Shown here: positions 16,200 to 23,903 of the stretch, piece by piece
Layout: each line of letters begins with the position of its first letter
Position numbering within the stretch: position 1 is the first letter of the stretch
Assembly (NCBI RefSeq): GCF_003010495.1
Contig: NZ_CP027570.1
Span: 1,350,001 to 1,382,000, forward strand
Direction of reading: 5' to 3'
Origin: Megasphaera elsdenii DSM 20460
GTDB lineage: Bacteria > Bacillota > Negativicutes > Veillonellales > Megasphaeraceae
DNA: 32,000 nucleotides
Notes under the pieces: generated by a model
What the model was told of the DNA's origin: nothing
Databases searched by the model: none
The model's input: only the letters and a program-made list of their open reading frames with translations
Position numbers and translations under genes: made by a program

Positions 16200-18154
16200 A
16201 AGTAACTCTCGCTGCGGCCTGTGGCTTTTGTTATGGCGTACGCCGGGCTGTCGAGCTGGCAGGCAAGGCGGAAAAGGGGACTCATACTCTGGGACCCATC
16301 ATCCACAATCCGCAAGTTGTCGGGCGTTTAGCCGCCCATGGCGTGTCGCCGGTCGACTCGTTGGACGAGGTCGACAAGGGGGCTGTCGTCCTGATCCGCT
16401 CCCACGGTGTCGGCCCGGATGTCTATGACCAGGCCGTTCAAAAAGAACTAAAAGTCATAGATGCGACGTGTCCACACGTCAAAAAAGCCCAACAAGACGC
16501 TAAAAATATCGTCGAAAAGGGCGAAAATCTCATAATAGTAGGAGAAAAATCCCATCCTGAAGTAATTAGCATTTCACAATGGGGGGCAAATCGTGCTATT
16601 ATAATAGATAGGGAAGAAGAAGCTGAAAAAATTCCCTTTTGCGATTCTATGGGAGTCGTCGTCCAGACGACGTTCTCTCAAGAGCAATTCAAGCGTATCG
16701 CCGCTATCCTGCAACGAAAGACCAATCATCTCGATGTGCATATGACCATATGCACGGCGACGCAGCAGCGTCAGCAGGCAGCGATAGAACTGGCAGGCCA
16801 TGTGGACGCCATGATCGTCATTGGCGGAAAGAACAGCGCCAACACAGGCCGCCTCGCGCAGGTATGCCGTGAACAGGATTGCCCGACATACCACATCGAA
16901 ACAGCAGCCGAATTGGATACGGCCTGGTTCCGTGGTATGAATCATATAGGCATTACAGCCGGCGCTTCCACGCCGGATTGGATAATACAGGAGGTTGTTA
17001 AGATTATGGAAAATTTGCAAGCTGAAGGCACAGAAGTAATGAGTGAAGAATTGTTGGACAAGTATGACTATGAAGAAAATCCAAAGAAAGGTGACGTGGT
17101 CAAAGGCACGGTTATTTCTGTGAATGATGATGCTGCCTATGTTTCCATCGGTACGAAAGCAGAAGCAATCCTGCCGAAAAAGGAAATGGCTGTTCCCGCT
17201 CCGGAAAAAGCAAGTGACTTTGTCAAAGTCGGCGACGAACTGACTGTCGAAATCGCCAACAACATTAAAGAAGAAGGAGCTATCGTCGTTTCCCTCGTCA
17301 AGATGAAAAAAGTCGAAGACTGGAAAGAAGTCCGCGAAGCTTTTGAAAACGACCAGCTCGTCGAATGTACAGGTAAAGAAACGAACAAGGCTGGCCTTGT
17401 CGTTTCCATCAAATCCCTGCGTGGTTTCATTCCCCTTTCCCAGGGCGATATCAAATTCGTTAAATCTTTGGACTATCTCGTAGGCCAGACCTTCCAGGTC
17501 AAAGTCATCGACATCGACGAACACAAGAACCGCCTCGTCCTTTCCCGCAAAGCTGTTCTTGAAGCAGAACGCGAAGCAAAACGCGAAGAAGCCCTCAAGC
17601 ACATCGAAGAAGGCGCTGTCCTCGAAGGCACTGTCGTTAAGATCATGCCCTACGGTGCATTCATCGACCTCGGCGGCGTAGAAGGCCTGCTCCACATTTC
17701 CGACATTTCCTGGAAACGCATCAGCTCTGTCGATGCCGTTCTCCATACGGGTGAAAAACTCCAGGTCCTCGTTCAGAAATTCGACCAGGAACGGAACCGC
17801 ATTTCCTTGTCCTTGAAAGCTCTCCAGAAGAACCCCTGGATCGCTGCTATCGAAAAATTTGAAGTCGGCGATATCGTCAAAGGCGAAGTCAAGAAGCTCC
17901 TGCCCTTCGGCGCTATCCTGGCCATCGATCCGGAATTGCAGGGCCTGCTCCACATTTCCGAATTGACGGAAAAACGCGGCGTCGCTGTCAAAGACCTGGT
18001 CAACATCGGTGATGTCATGAACGTCAAGATCATCGGCATCGATACGGATAAGAAAAAGATTTCTCTCAGCGTCTTGGCCATTCAGAAAGATGAAGAAGAA
18101 CAGGAAGTTCGCAACTACCTCGATAACCAGGATAAAGAAGAAGAAAACAACTAA
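16196..18154 (+). CDS. ispH: Bifunctional 4-hydroxy-3-methylbut-2-enyl diphosphate reductase (IspH/LytB) fused to a ribosomal protein S1-like region with four S1 domains
   Basis: Residues 1 to about 275 are IspH, with cluster Cys residues in CGFCYGV, ATCPHV and TICTAT, and GASTPDW near the end. Residues about 285-652 carry four S1/OB repeats (GDVVKGTVISV.., ..GLVVSIKSLRGFIP, GAVLEGTVVKIMPYGAFIDLGGVEGLLHISD, GDIVKGEVKKLLPFGAILAI..GLLHISE). It is a single uninterrupted ORF with an ATGA overlap to plsC. Confidence 0.9.
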   Translation: MKVTLAAACGFCYGVRRAVELAGKAEKGTHTLGPIIHNPQVVGRLAAHGVSPVDSLDEVDKGAVVLIRSHGVGPDVYDQAVQKELKVIDATCPHVKKAQQDAKNIVEKGENLIIVGEKSHPEVISISQWGANRAIIIDREEEAEKIPFCDSMGVVVQTTFSQEQFKRIAAILQRKTNHLDVHMTICTATQQRQQAAIELAGHVDAMIVIGGKNSANTGRLAQVCREQDCPTYHIETAAELDTAWFRGMNHIGITAGASTPDWIIQEVVKIMENLQAEGTEVMSEELLDKYDYEENPKKGDVVKGTVISVNDDAAYVSIGTKAEAILPKKEMAVPAPEKASDFVKVGDELTVEIANNIKEEGAIVVSLVKMKKVEDWKEVREAFENDQLVECTGKETNKAGLVVSIKSLRGFIPLSQGDIKFVKSLDYLVGQTFQVKVIDIDEHKNRLVLSRKAVLEAEREAKREEALKHIEEGAVLEGTVVKIMPYGAFIDLGGVEGLLHISDISWKRISSVDAVLHTGEKLQVLVQKFDQERNRISLSLKALQKNPWIAAIEKFEVGDIVKGEVKKLLPFGAILAIDPELQGLLHISELTEKRGVAVKDLVNIGDVMNVKIIGIDTDKKKISLSVLAIQKDEEEQEVRNYLDNQDKEEENN

Positions 18155-18163
18155 GGTTTCACA

Positions 18164-18201
18164 AAAAGGGGATAGCCGGGCTGTACCGGTTATCCTTTTT
18201 T
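18164..18201 (+). terminator. Rho-independent terminator after ispH::S1
   Basis: GGGGATAGCCGG (18168-18179) pairs with CCGGTTATCC (18186-18195), including one G-U. The loop is GCTGTA. An A-run lies upstream and TTTTTT (18196-18201) downstream. Confidence 0.75.
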
Positions 18202-18223
18202 CGTCTATAGAAAGGATTCTGCC

Positions 18224-19555
18224 ATGTACAAACCCCTAGTCGCTGTCGTCGGGCGCCCGAACGTCGGTAAATCGACGCTTTTCAATGCCATCGTCAAGAA
18301 GCGCATTTCTATCGTCGAAGACATCCCCGGCGTAACACGCGACCGCATTTATTTCGACGCCGAATGGCTCGGCCAGGAATTTACCATGATCGATACGGGC
18401 GGCATCGAATTTGTCGATTCGGATAACCATATCTTCACCAGCATGCGGTATCAGGCTGAACTGGCCATCCGCGAAGCCGACGTCATCCTCTACGTTGTCG
18501 ACGGCAAAGTCGGCGTCCAGCCTCAGGATGAAGAAATTGCCCACATCCTCCGCTCGTGCGGCAAGCCGGTCATCCTGGTTGTCAACAAGATCGACAGCGT
18601 CGAACAAGAAATGAATATCTACGAATTTTACAGCCTCGGCTTAGGCGACCCGATCGGCGTCTCCGCCGTCAACCTGATGAACCTCGGCGACCTCCTCGAT
18701 GAAGTCCTGAAGTATATCAAGAAAGTCCCGGCTATAGACGATGACGATGAAGCTATCCACATCGCCCTCGTCGGCCGGCCGAATGTCGGCAAGTCGTCCC
18801 TGACCAATGCTCTCTTAGGGCAGGACCGGGTCATCGTCAGCAACGTCCCCGGGACGACGCGCGATTCCATCGACACCCACTGGTCCTATGAAGGGACGGA
18901 TTTCGTCCTCATCGATACGGCCGGCATGCGCCGTAAAGCCAAGATCGACTTGCCTGTCGAACGCTACAGCGTCGTCCGGGCCCTGCGCGCCGTCGACCGG
19001 TCGGACATCGCCGTCCTGGTCATCGATGCTACAGAAGGCGTGACCGAACAGGATACGAAGATCGCCGGCTACGTCCATGAAGCGGGCAAGGGCTGCATCA
19101 TCGTCGTCAACAAATGGGACCTCATCGAAAAGGATAGCAAGACGAGCCATAAATTCGAAGAAGATATCCGCCGCGAACTGGCCTTCCTCCAGTATGCGCC
19201 TATCCTCTTCGCCTCGGCCCTGACCAAGCAGCGCATCAACCGCCTGGCCGATATGGTCAAGTTCGTATCGGAACAGCAGCACATGCGCGTGTCGACGAGT
19301 GTCCTCAATGAACTCATCGAAGATGCTCAGCTGACTAATCCGCCGCCGGCCAAGGGCGGCAAGCTGCTCAAGATTTACTACATGACCCAGGCTTCGGTCC
19401 AGCCGCCGACGTTCATCCTCTTCGTCAATGAACCGCAGCTCATGCATTTTTCGTACCTGCGCTTCCTGGAAAACCGCCTGCGTGAAACCTTCGGCTTCGA
19501 AGGGACGCCGATCCGGCTCATCCTGCGCGGGAAAAAGGACGGTGAAAGCTTATGA
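18224..19555 (+). CDS. der: Ribosome-biogenesis GTPase Der (EngA)
   Basis: Two tandem G domains, each with GRPNVGKS(T/S), DTGG/DTAG and NK(I/W)D motifs, followed by a C-terminal KH-like domain. Confidence 0.94.
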   Translation: MYKPLVAVVGRPNVGKSTLFNAIVKKRISIVEDIPGVTRDRIYFDAEWLGQEFTMIDTGGIEFVDSDNHIFTSMRYQAELAIREADVILYVVDGKVGVQPQDEEIAHILRSCGKPVILVVNKIDSVEQEMNIYEFYSLGLGDPIGVSAVNLMNLGDLLDEVLKYIKKVPAIDDDDEAIHIALVGRPNVGKSSLTNALLGQDRVIVSNVPGTTRDSIDTHWSYEGTDFVLIDTAGMRRKAKIDLPVERYSVVRALRAVDRSDIAVLVIDATEGVTEQDTKIAGYVHEAGKGCIIVVNKWDLIEKDSKTSHKFEEDIRRELAFLQYAPILFASALTKQRINRLADMVKFVSEQQHMRVSTSVLNELIEDAQLTNPPPAKGGKLLKIYYMTQASVQPPTFILFVNEPQLMHFSYLRFLENRLRETFGFEGTPIRLILRGKKDGESL

Positions 19556-20175
19556 TGCTCGGCATCCTCTGCTTGGTGCTGGCCTATATCGCCGGGTCTT
19601 TCCCGAGCGGCCTGGTCATCGGCAAGACCTTGTATCATACGGACCCCAGGGAATACGGCAGCCATAATACGGGGGCGACCAATGCCTACCGCGTCTTCGG
19701 TGCCGCCGGCGGCCTGCTGGTCCTCATCTGCGATGTCGCCAAGGGGATGCTCGGCGTCTACCTCGGCCAGGTCGCCAGCCAGATGGGCCTTGGCAGTGCA
19801 GACACGCAGATTTACTTCATGATTGCCGGCGGCCTGCTGGCCATCATCGGCCATTCATGTTCGATTTTCCTCAAGTTCAAAGGCGGTAAGGGCGTCGCCA
19901 CCGGCCTGGGCATCATCTTGTTCCTGGCTCCGTGGGAAACGCTCATCGTCTTCTGCGTCTGGGCTGTCATCGTCGCCTTGACGCGCATCGTCTCCCTCGG
20001 TTCCATCGTAGCGGCCATCTTGGTCCCCATTACCATGTACTTTTTCAACGAACCCCTGCCGCTGACGATTTTCGGCCTGCTGGCAGCTCTGCTGGTCGTC
20101 GTGCGCCATAAAGATAATATCATCCGCCTCCTGCACGGCAAGGAACTGAAGGTCGAACGAATTAAGAAAAAATAG
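19552..20175 (+). CDS. plsY: Glycerol-3-phosphate acyltransferase PlsY
   Basis: Polytopic membrane protein with GSHNTGATN and KGGKGVATG motifs. ATGA overlap with the der stop. Confidence 0.9.
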   Translation: MMLGILCLVLAYIAGSFPSGLVIGKTLYHTDPREYGSHNTGATNAYRVFGAAGGLLVLICDVAKGMLGVYLGQVASQMGLGSADTQIYFMIAGGLLAIIGHSCSIFLKFKGGKGVATGLGIILFLAPWETLIVFCVWAVIVALTRIVSLGSIVAAILVPITMYFFNEPLPLTIFGLLAALLVVVRHKDNIIRLLHGKELKVERIKKK

Positions 20176-20176
20176 A

Positions 20177-20204
20177 TTGATATGTACTAAAAAACGTGTA
20201 TAAT
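20177..20204 (+). promoter_or_regulatory. Candidate promoter for rsmD-coaD (TTGATA-16 nt-TATAAT)
   Basis: TTGATA is at 20177-20182, the spacer is 16 nt, and TATAAT is at 20199-20204, in the AT-rich plsY-rsmD spacer. Confidence 0.5.
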
Positions 20205-20229
20205 TAATTATGTACGAGCAGGTGATCCT

Positions 20230-20787
20230 ATGAGAATCATATCTGGCAGTGCCAGAGGGCGGGTCCTGAAGTCCCCGAAGGGCATGCTGACCCGGCCGAC
20301 ACTGGACCGTACACGGGAAAGTCTTTTCAACATCCTGGAAAGCAGCGGCGGCCTGCGTGGTGCCGCTGTCCTCGATATCTTTGCCGGTACGGGTGCCTTG
20401 GGGCTGGAAGCGCTGAGCCGCGGTGCGGCGTCGGCCGTCTTTATCGACCACTACACACAGCAGCTCATCCGTCAGAATGCAGCCCTCTGCGGCTTTGCAG
20501 ACTGCGTCGAAGTGCTGCGCCTTAATTCGGCGAAAGCCCTGGCACGGCTGCAGGGGCGCAAATTTGATTACATCTTTGCGGACCCGCCGTATAATAAAAA
20601 TTTGGTGAACGATACAATCGCGTTGATAGGTGAATACGATTTGCTGGCTCCGGGAGGACTGATCCTGATGGAATACAGCCGGAACGAAGGTATAACGGAG
20701 AGCCCATTGTATGAGGTCATCAGAGAAAAATCCTATGGGAAAGACACGCGGATCGCTTTTATCCGCCGTCGTCAGGAAGGAGTCTAA
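20230..20787 (+). CDS. rsmD: 16S rRNA (guanine966-N2)-methyltransferase RsmD
   Basis: MRIISGSARGR..L..P....RPT N-terminus, SAM motif LDIFAGTGALGLEALSRGA, and catalytic FADPPY. Confidence 0.88.
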   Translation: MRIISGSARGRVLKSPKGMLTRPTLDRTRESLFNILESSGGLRGAAVLDIFAGTGALGLEALSRGAASAVFIDHYTQQLIRQNAALCGFADCVEVLRLNSAKALARLQGRKFDYIFADPPYNKNLVNDTIALIGEYDLLAPGGLILMEYSRNEGITESPLYEVIREKSYGKDTRIAFIRRRQEGV

Positions 20788-20790
20788 AAA

Positions 20791-21282
20791 GTGCGAATCG
20801 GTATTTGTCCCGGCAGTTTTGATCCTGTCACCAATGGACACATTGACATTTTTGAACGGGGGAGCCAGCTTGTCGACAAGCTCATCGTCGCTGTCTTTGA
20901 GAATCCGTCGAAGAAACCCTTGTTCTCGATGGCAGAGCGGGAGGAAATGTTGCGGGAAACGACGAAACACATCCCGAACATCGAAGTCGTCAGCTTCCAT
21001 GGCCTGCTCAACCAATATGCCATCGAACACGGTGCGACTATCATCATCCGCGGCCTGCGGGCCCTGAGCGATTTTGAATACGAATTCCAGCGGGCCCTGC
21101 TCATGAAGAAGGTAGAACCGCGTATCGAAACGGTATTTATCATGACGAGTACCCAGTATTCCTATATCAGCTCGACGGGTATCCGTGAACTGGCCTGCTT
21201 CGGCGGCAAGCTCGATGACATGGTTCCCGATTATGTCGAAAAGAAACTGAAAGAGAAGTTTGCAGACAAGTACAATGCTTAG
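20791..21282 (+). CDS. coaD: Phosphopantetheine adenylyltransferase
   Basis: GTG start lies 10 nt after GAAGGAG. It has ICPGSFDPVTNGHIDI (T/HxGH nucleotidyltransferase motif) and SSTGIRE near the C-terminus. Length is 163 aa. Confidence 0.92.
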   Translation: MRIGICPGSFDPVTNGHIDIFERGSQLVDKLIVAVFENPSKKPLFSMAEREEMLRETTKHIPNIEVVSFHGLLNQYAIEHGATIIIRGLRALSDFEYEFQRALLMKKVEPRIETVFIMTSTQYSYISSTGIRELACFGGKLDDMVPDYVEKKLKEKFADKYNA

Positions 21283-21295
21283 GAGTGGAGAATAC

Positions 21296-21772
21296 ATGAA
21301 TTCGGATAAACTGTTAGAAGATTTGGAAAGCTTGGTAATGAATGCATCGAAGATGCCCTTTTCCAATAAAAAGATGGTCGAAGAAGAAGAAATCCTTCAG
21401 ATCATCGATGACTTGAAAGAATCCATGCCGGCCGAATTGGAACAGGCCAAGAAGGTTTTGGCTGAAAAAGATAAGATTATTTCCGATGCCCAGCATCATG
21501 CCGAAAGCATGGTCGCCCAGGCCAAGGATTATATTGCCAAATTGACAGAAGAAAGTGAACTGGTCCGCCAGGCACAGGAACATGCCAACCAGATCATCCA
21601 GAACGCCAACGATTCGTCGGAACAGCTGAAGAACAGCTCCATTACCTATGCCGGCGATGTCCTTAAATACGTTGAATCGACATTGGAAAAGACCTTGTCC
21701 AGCATTCAGCAGAACCGCGAAAGCCTGCTCAAGAACAACGGACACCAGGATGACAAGCCGGATCAGCAGTAA
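21296..21772 (+). CDS. Conserved coiled-coil protein of unknown function (the kind often auto-annotated as ATPase or V-ATPase subunit-H-like)
   Basis: ATG 21296 lies 6 nt after AGGAGTGGAG (21281-21290); the track's upstream Met at 21260 lies inside coaD. The 158-aa protein is rich in E/K/Q/A heptad-like sequence and has no catalytic motifs. It is followed by a strong terminator. Confidence 0.6.
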   Translation: MNSDKLLEDLESLVMNASKMPFSNKKMVEEEEILQIIDDLKESMPAELEQAKKVLAEKDKIISDAQHHAESMVAQAKDYIAKLTEESELVRQAQEHANQIIQNANDSSEQLKNSSITYAGDVLKYVESTLEKTLSSIQQNRESLLKNNGHQDDKPDQQ

Positions 21773-21788
21773 CCATGGCTTATACGAG

Positions 21789-21837
21789 AGGGACTGTCGC
21801 ATGAAAGCTTTGACTATCATGCGAGGTCCCTTTTTTT
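21789..21837 (+). terminator. Rho-independent terminator
   Basis: AGGGAC...CGCATGA (21789-21804) pairs with TCATGCG...GTCCCT (21817-21831) as a two-segment stem of 6+7 bp with a small internal loop. It is followed by 7 T (21831-21837). Confidence 0.75.
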
Positions 21838-21866
21838 ATCCGCACGGCGGGTAGATAGGAGGAACT

Positions 21867-22676
21867 ATGAACGAAATTACGTCCCGCGACAACCAGTGGG
21901 TCAAGATGGCCTGTTCCCTGAAGCAAAAGAAAGGCCGTCAGGCCCATCAGCGCGTCTTTGTCGAAGGCCTGCGGGTCATCGCCGACGCGGCGGCCATGAA
22001 CATTCCCGATGCCATCTGCTTCGTCTCGGAAAAGGGGCGGGGCCTGGATGGATTTGAAGCCCTCTATGCCAAAGGCATCGAACTGGGCTGGACGTTTTAT
22101 GCCGTCACCGACAGCGTCTATGATAAACTGAAAGACACGAAGACGCCGCAGGGACTGGCGGCCATGCTGCCTTTCTTTGCCTATACTTTCGACAGCCTGC
22201 CGGCCATTGCGCCGGAAAAAGCCGTCCTTTACCTGCGTTCCATCCAGGATCCGGGCAATCTGGGGACGATCCTGCGCACGGCTGCCGCTGCCAACGCCGG
22301 TGCCGTCCTGCTCAGTGAAGGCAGTGTCGACGTCTACAACGATAAGACGATCCGCAGTGCCATGGGGGCCATCTTCAAGGTCCCTGTTGTCCAGGATGTG
22401 ACAGACGAACAGCTGGACCAGTTCTGTGCCGATGAAGACCGCCAGGTCTACGGCACGGCGCCGGAAGGCAGTATCTCTTATGTCGATGCCGATTACAGCC
22501 AGCCCGTCATCCTGGCCTTCGGCAATGAAGGCAACGGCCTGCCGGAACCGTTCCTGGCCTGCTGTGATGACGTACTGACCATTCCCATGCGGCTGGATAC
22601 GGAATCGCTGAACTTGTCCATGTCGGTCGGCATCGTCTTGTATAAGGCATGGGAAAAGAATGGTTTTAAGGAGTAA
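21867..22676 (+). CDS. TrmH/SpoU-family RNA 2'-O-methyltransferase (RlmB-like)
   Basis: AGGAGG RBS lies upstream. It has an N-terminal substrate-binding domain and SPOUT motifs (IQDPGNLGTILRTA, AFGNEGNGL, ESLNLSMSVGIVLY). Confidence 0.85.
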   Translation: MNEITSRDNQWVKMACSLKQKKGRQAHQRVFVEGLRVIADAAAMNIPDAICFVSEKGRGLDGFEALYAKGIELGWTFYAVTDSVYDKLKDTKTPQGLAAMLPFFAYTFDSLPAIAPEKAVLYLRSIQDPGNLGTILRTAAAANAGAVLLSEGSVDVYNDKTIRSAMGAIFKVPVVQDVTDEQLDQFCADEDRQVYGTAPEGSISYVDADYSQPVILAFGNEGNGLPEPFLACCDDVLTIPMRLDTESLNLSMSVGIVLYKAWEKNGFKE

Positions 22677-22678
22677 TC

Positions 22679-23356
22679 ATGGAAGACAAGAAAGAGACCC
22701 TCGATTTGGGCTTTGCAAAACTGGACTTGCAGCGTGAAGCGCGCTGCGGCTTCCCGGAAGTCGTCTACTGTGCCGGCAAGACCGTCGGCCAGTCGGTACA
22801 GATTCTGGACGTCCTCATGGATAAATATGACAATGTCATCGGCACGCGGGCTGATAAGGCCGTCTACGACGCCTTGATTTCCCGCCATCCCGCTGCTCAG
22901 TACGACCCGCTGGCCCGCATGGTCTACCAGCATAAGGACAAGACTGTCGTCAATGGCGACCGCCTTATTTCGGTCATCACAGCCGGGACCAGCGATATCC
23001 CCATCGCCGAAGAAGCGGCACTGACGGCAGAAATCATGGGCAACCGCGTCGAACGCATTTACGATGTCGGCGTCGCCGGCATACACCGTCTCCTGGCCCG
23101 CGTCGACGACATCCGTCAGGCTAACGTCAACATCGTCGTCGCCGGTATGGAAGGGGCCCTGGCCAGTGTCGTCGGCGGCCTGGTCGATAAGCCGGTCATC
23201 GCCGTGCCGACCAGTATCGGCTATGGCGCCAATTTCCACGGCCTGTCGGCCCTGCTGGCTATGCTCAACAGCTGTGCTGCCGGCGTGTCCGTCGTCAATA
23301 TCGATAACGGGTTTGGCGCCGGCCGCCTGGCCGATACGATGAATCGATTGAGGTGA
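22679..23356 (+). CDS. larB: LarB, nickel-pincer cofactor biosynthesis carboxylase/hydrolase (PurE-like)
   Basis: N-terminal LDLQREARCGFPEVVYCAGKT and a PurE-like core (ITAGTSDIPIAEEA, VVAGMEGALASVVGG, VPTSIGYG). Its RBS AAGGAG lies inside the 3' end of the upstream gene. Confidence 0.85.
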   Translation: MEDKKETLDLGFAKLDLQREARCGFPEVVYCAGKTVGQSVQILDVLMDKYDNVIGTRADKAVYDALISRHPAAQYDPLARMVYQHKDKTVVNGDRLISVITAGTSDIPIAEEAALTAEIMGNRVERIYDVGVAGIHRLLARVDDIRQANVNIVVAGMEGALASVVGGLVDKPVIAVPTSIGYGANFHGLSALLAMLNSCAAGVSVVNIDNGFGAGRLADTMNRLR

Positions 23357-23357
23357 G

Positions 23358-23807
23358 ATGATGGAAACGTTATGGCAGCTGGAAGCCAATATCGACGACA
23401 TGAATCCGCAGAATATGGAATACGTCTTTTCCCTCATCCTGGAACAGGGAGCCAACGACGTCTGGGCCATGCCCATGATGATGAAGAAAGGGCGCATGGC
23501 GTCCATGCTCTGCGTCTTGTGCCGGCAGGAACTCATCGACCCCCTCATCGGCGTCATCGTCAGGGAGACGACGTCCATCGGCGTCCGCTTTTTCCCTGTG
23601 ACCCGCCTGGCCTGTGACCGGCTCATCACGACGGTCCGCGTCGACGGCCGCGACCTGCACTGCAAGGTCTGCCGCTATGGCGGCAAGGTCGTCAACATTT
23701 CCGCTGAATACGATGATTGCCGGGCCGCTGCCGCTGAAACCGGGACGCCCTTGAAGGAGTGGCAGCGTAAAGTGAAGGAAGCGGCGTACCGGCAATTTAG
23801 GGAATAG
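23358..23807 (+). CDS. Stand-alone LarC C-terminal-domain protein (DUF111/nickel insertion protein family, LarC2-like)
   Basis: ATGATG start lies 1 nt after the larB TGA, with a GAGGTGA RBS. The sequence LEANIDDMNPQ...MPMMMKKGRMASMLCVLC...RETTSIGVRFFPVTR...EYDDCRAAAAETGTPLKE follows the pattern of the C-terminal ferredoxin-like domain of LarC. There is no N-terminal LarC1 part. The assignment is from remembered family patterns, not a search. Confidence 0.7.
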   Translation: MMETLWQLEANIDDMNPQNMEYVFSLILEQGANDVWAMPMMMKKGRMASMLCVLCRQELIDPLIGVIVRETTSIGVRFFPVTRLACDRLITTVRVDGRDLHCKVCRYGGKVVNISAEYDDCRAAAAETGTPLKEWQRKVKEAAYRQFRE

Positions 23808-23822
23808 AATGGGCAAAGGATA

Positions 23823-23851
23823 TTGTCAAAATACGATTGTCCATGTATAAT
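23823..23851 (+). promoter_or_regulatory. Candidate promoter (TTGTCA-17 nt-TATAAT) upstream of the ydjC-like gene
   Basis: TTGTCA is at 23823-23828, the spacer is 17 nt, and TATAAT is at 23846-23851. Confidence 0.55.
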
Positions 23852-23903
23852 AGTCATTAAGCTCATTATGTAGTACGTCCTGGAAGGACGGGGAGTTTGC
23901 AAG

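Noticed and set aside
19855-21366. A 503-aa minus-strand ORF spanning plsY, rsmD and coaD.
   Set aside because: It crosses two intergenic regions and three well-supported + strand genes. It has no domain signatures. It reflects the same antisense open-frame effect.
21648-21854. A 68-aa + strand ORF running through the terminator region downstream of the coiled-coil gene.
   Set aside because: It is out of frame and overlaps the 3' end of the supported gene. It runs across a terminator hairpin and has no RBS.
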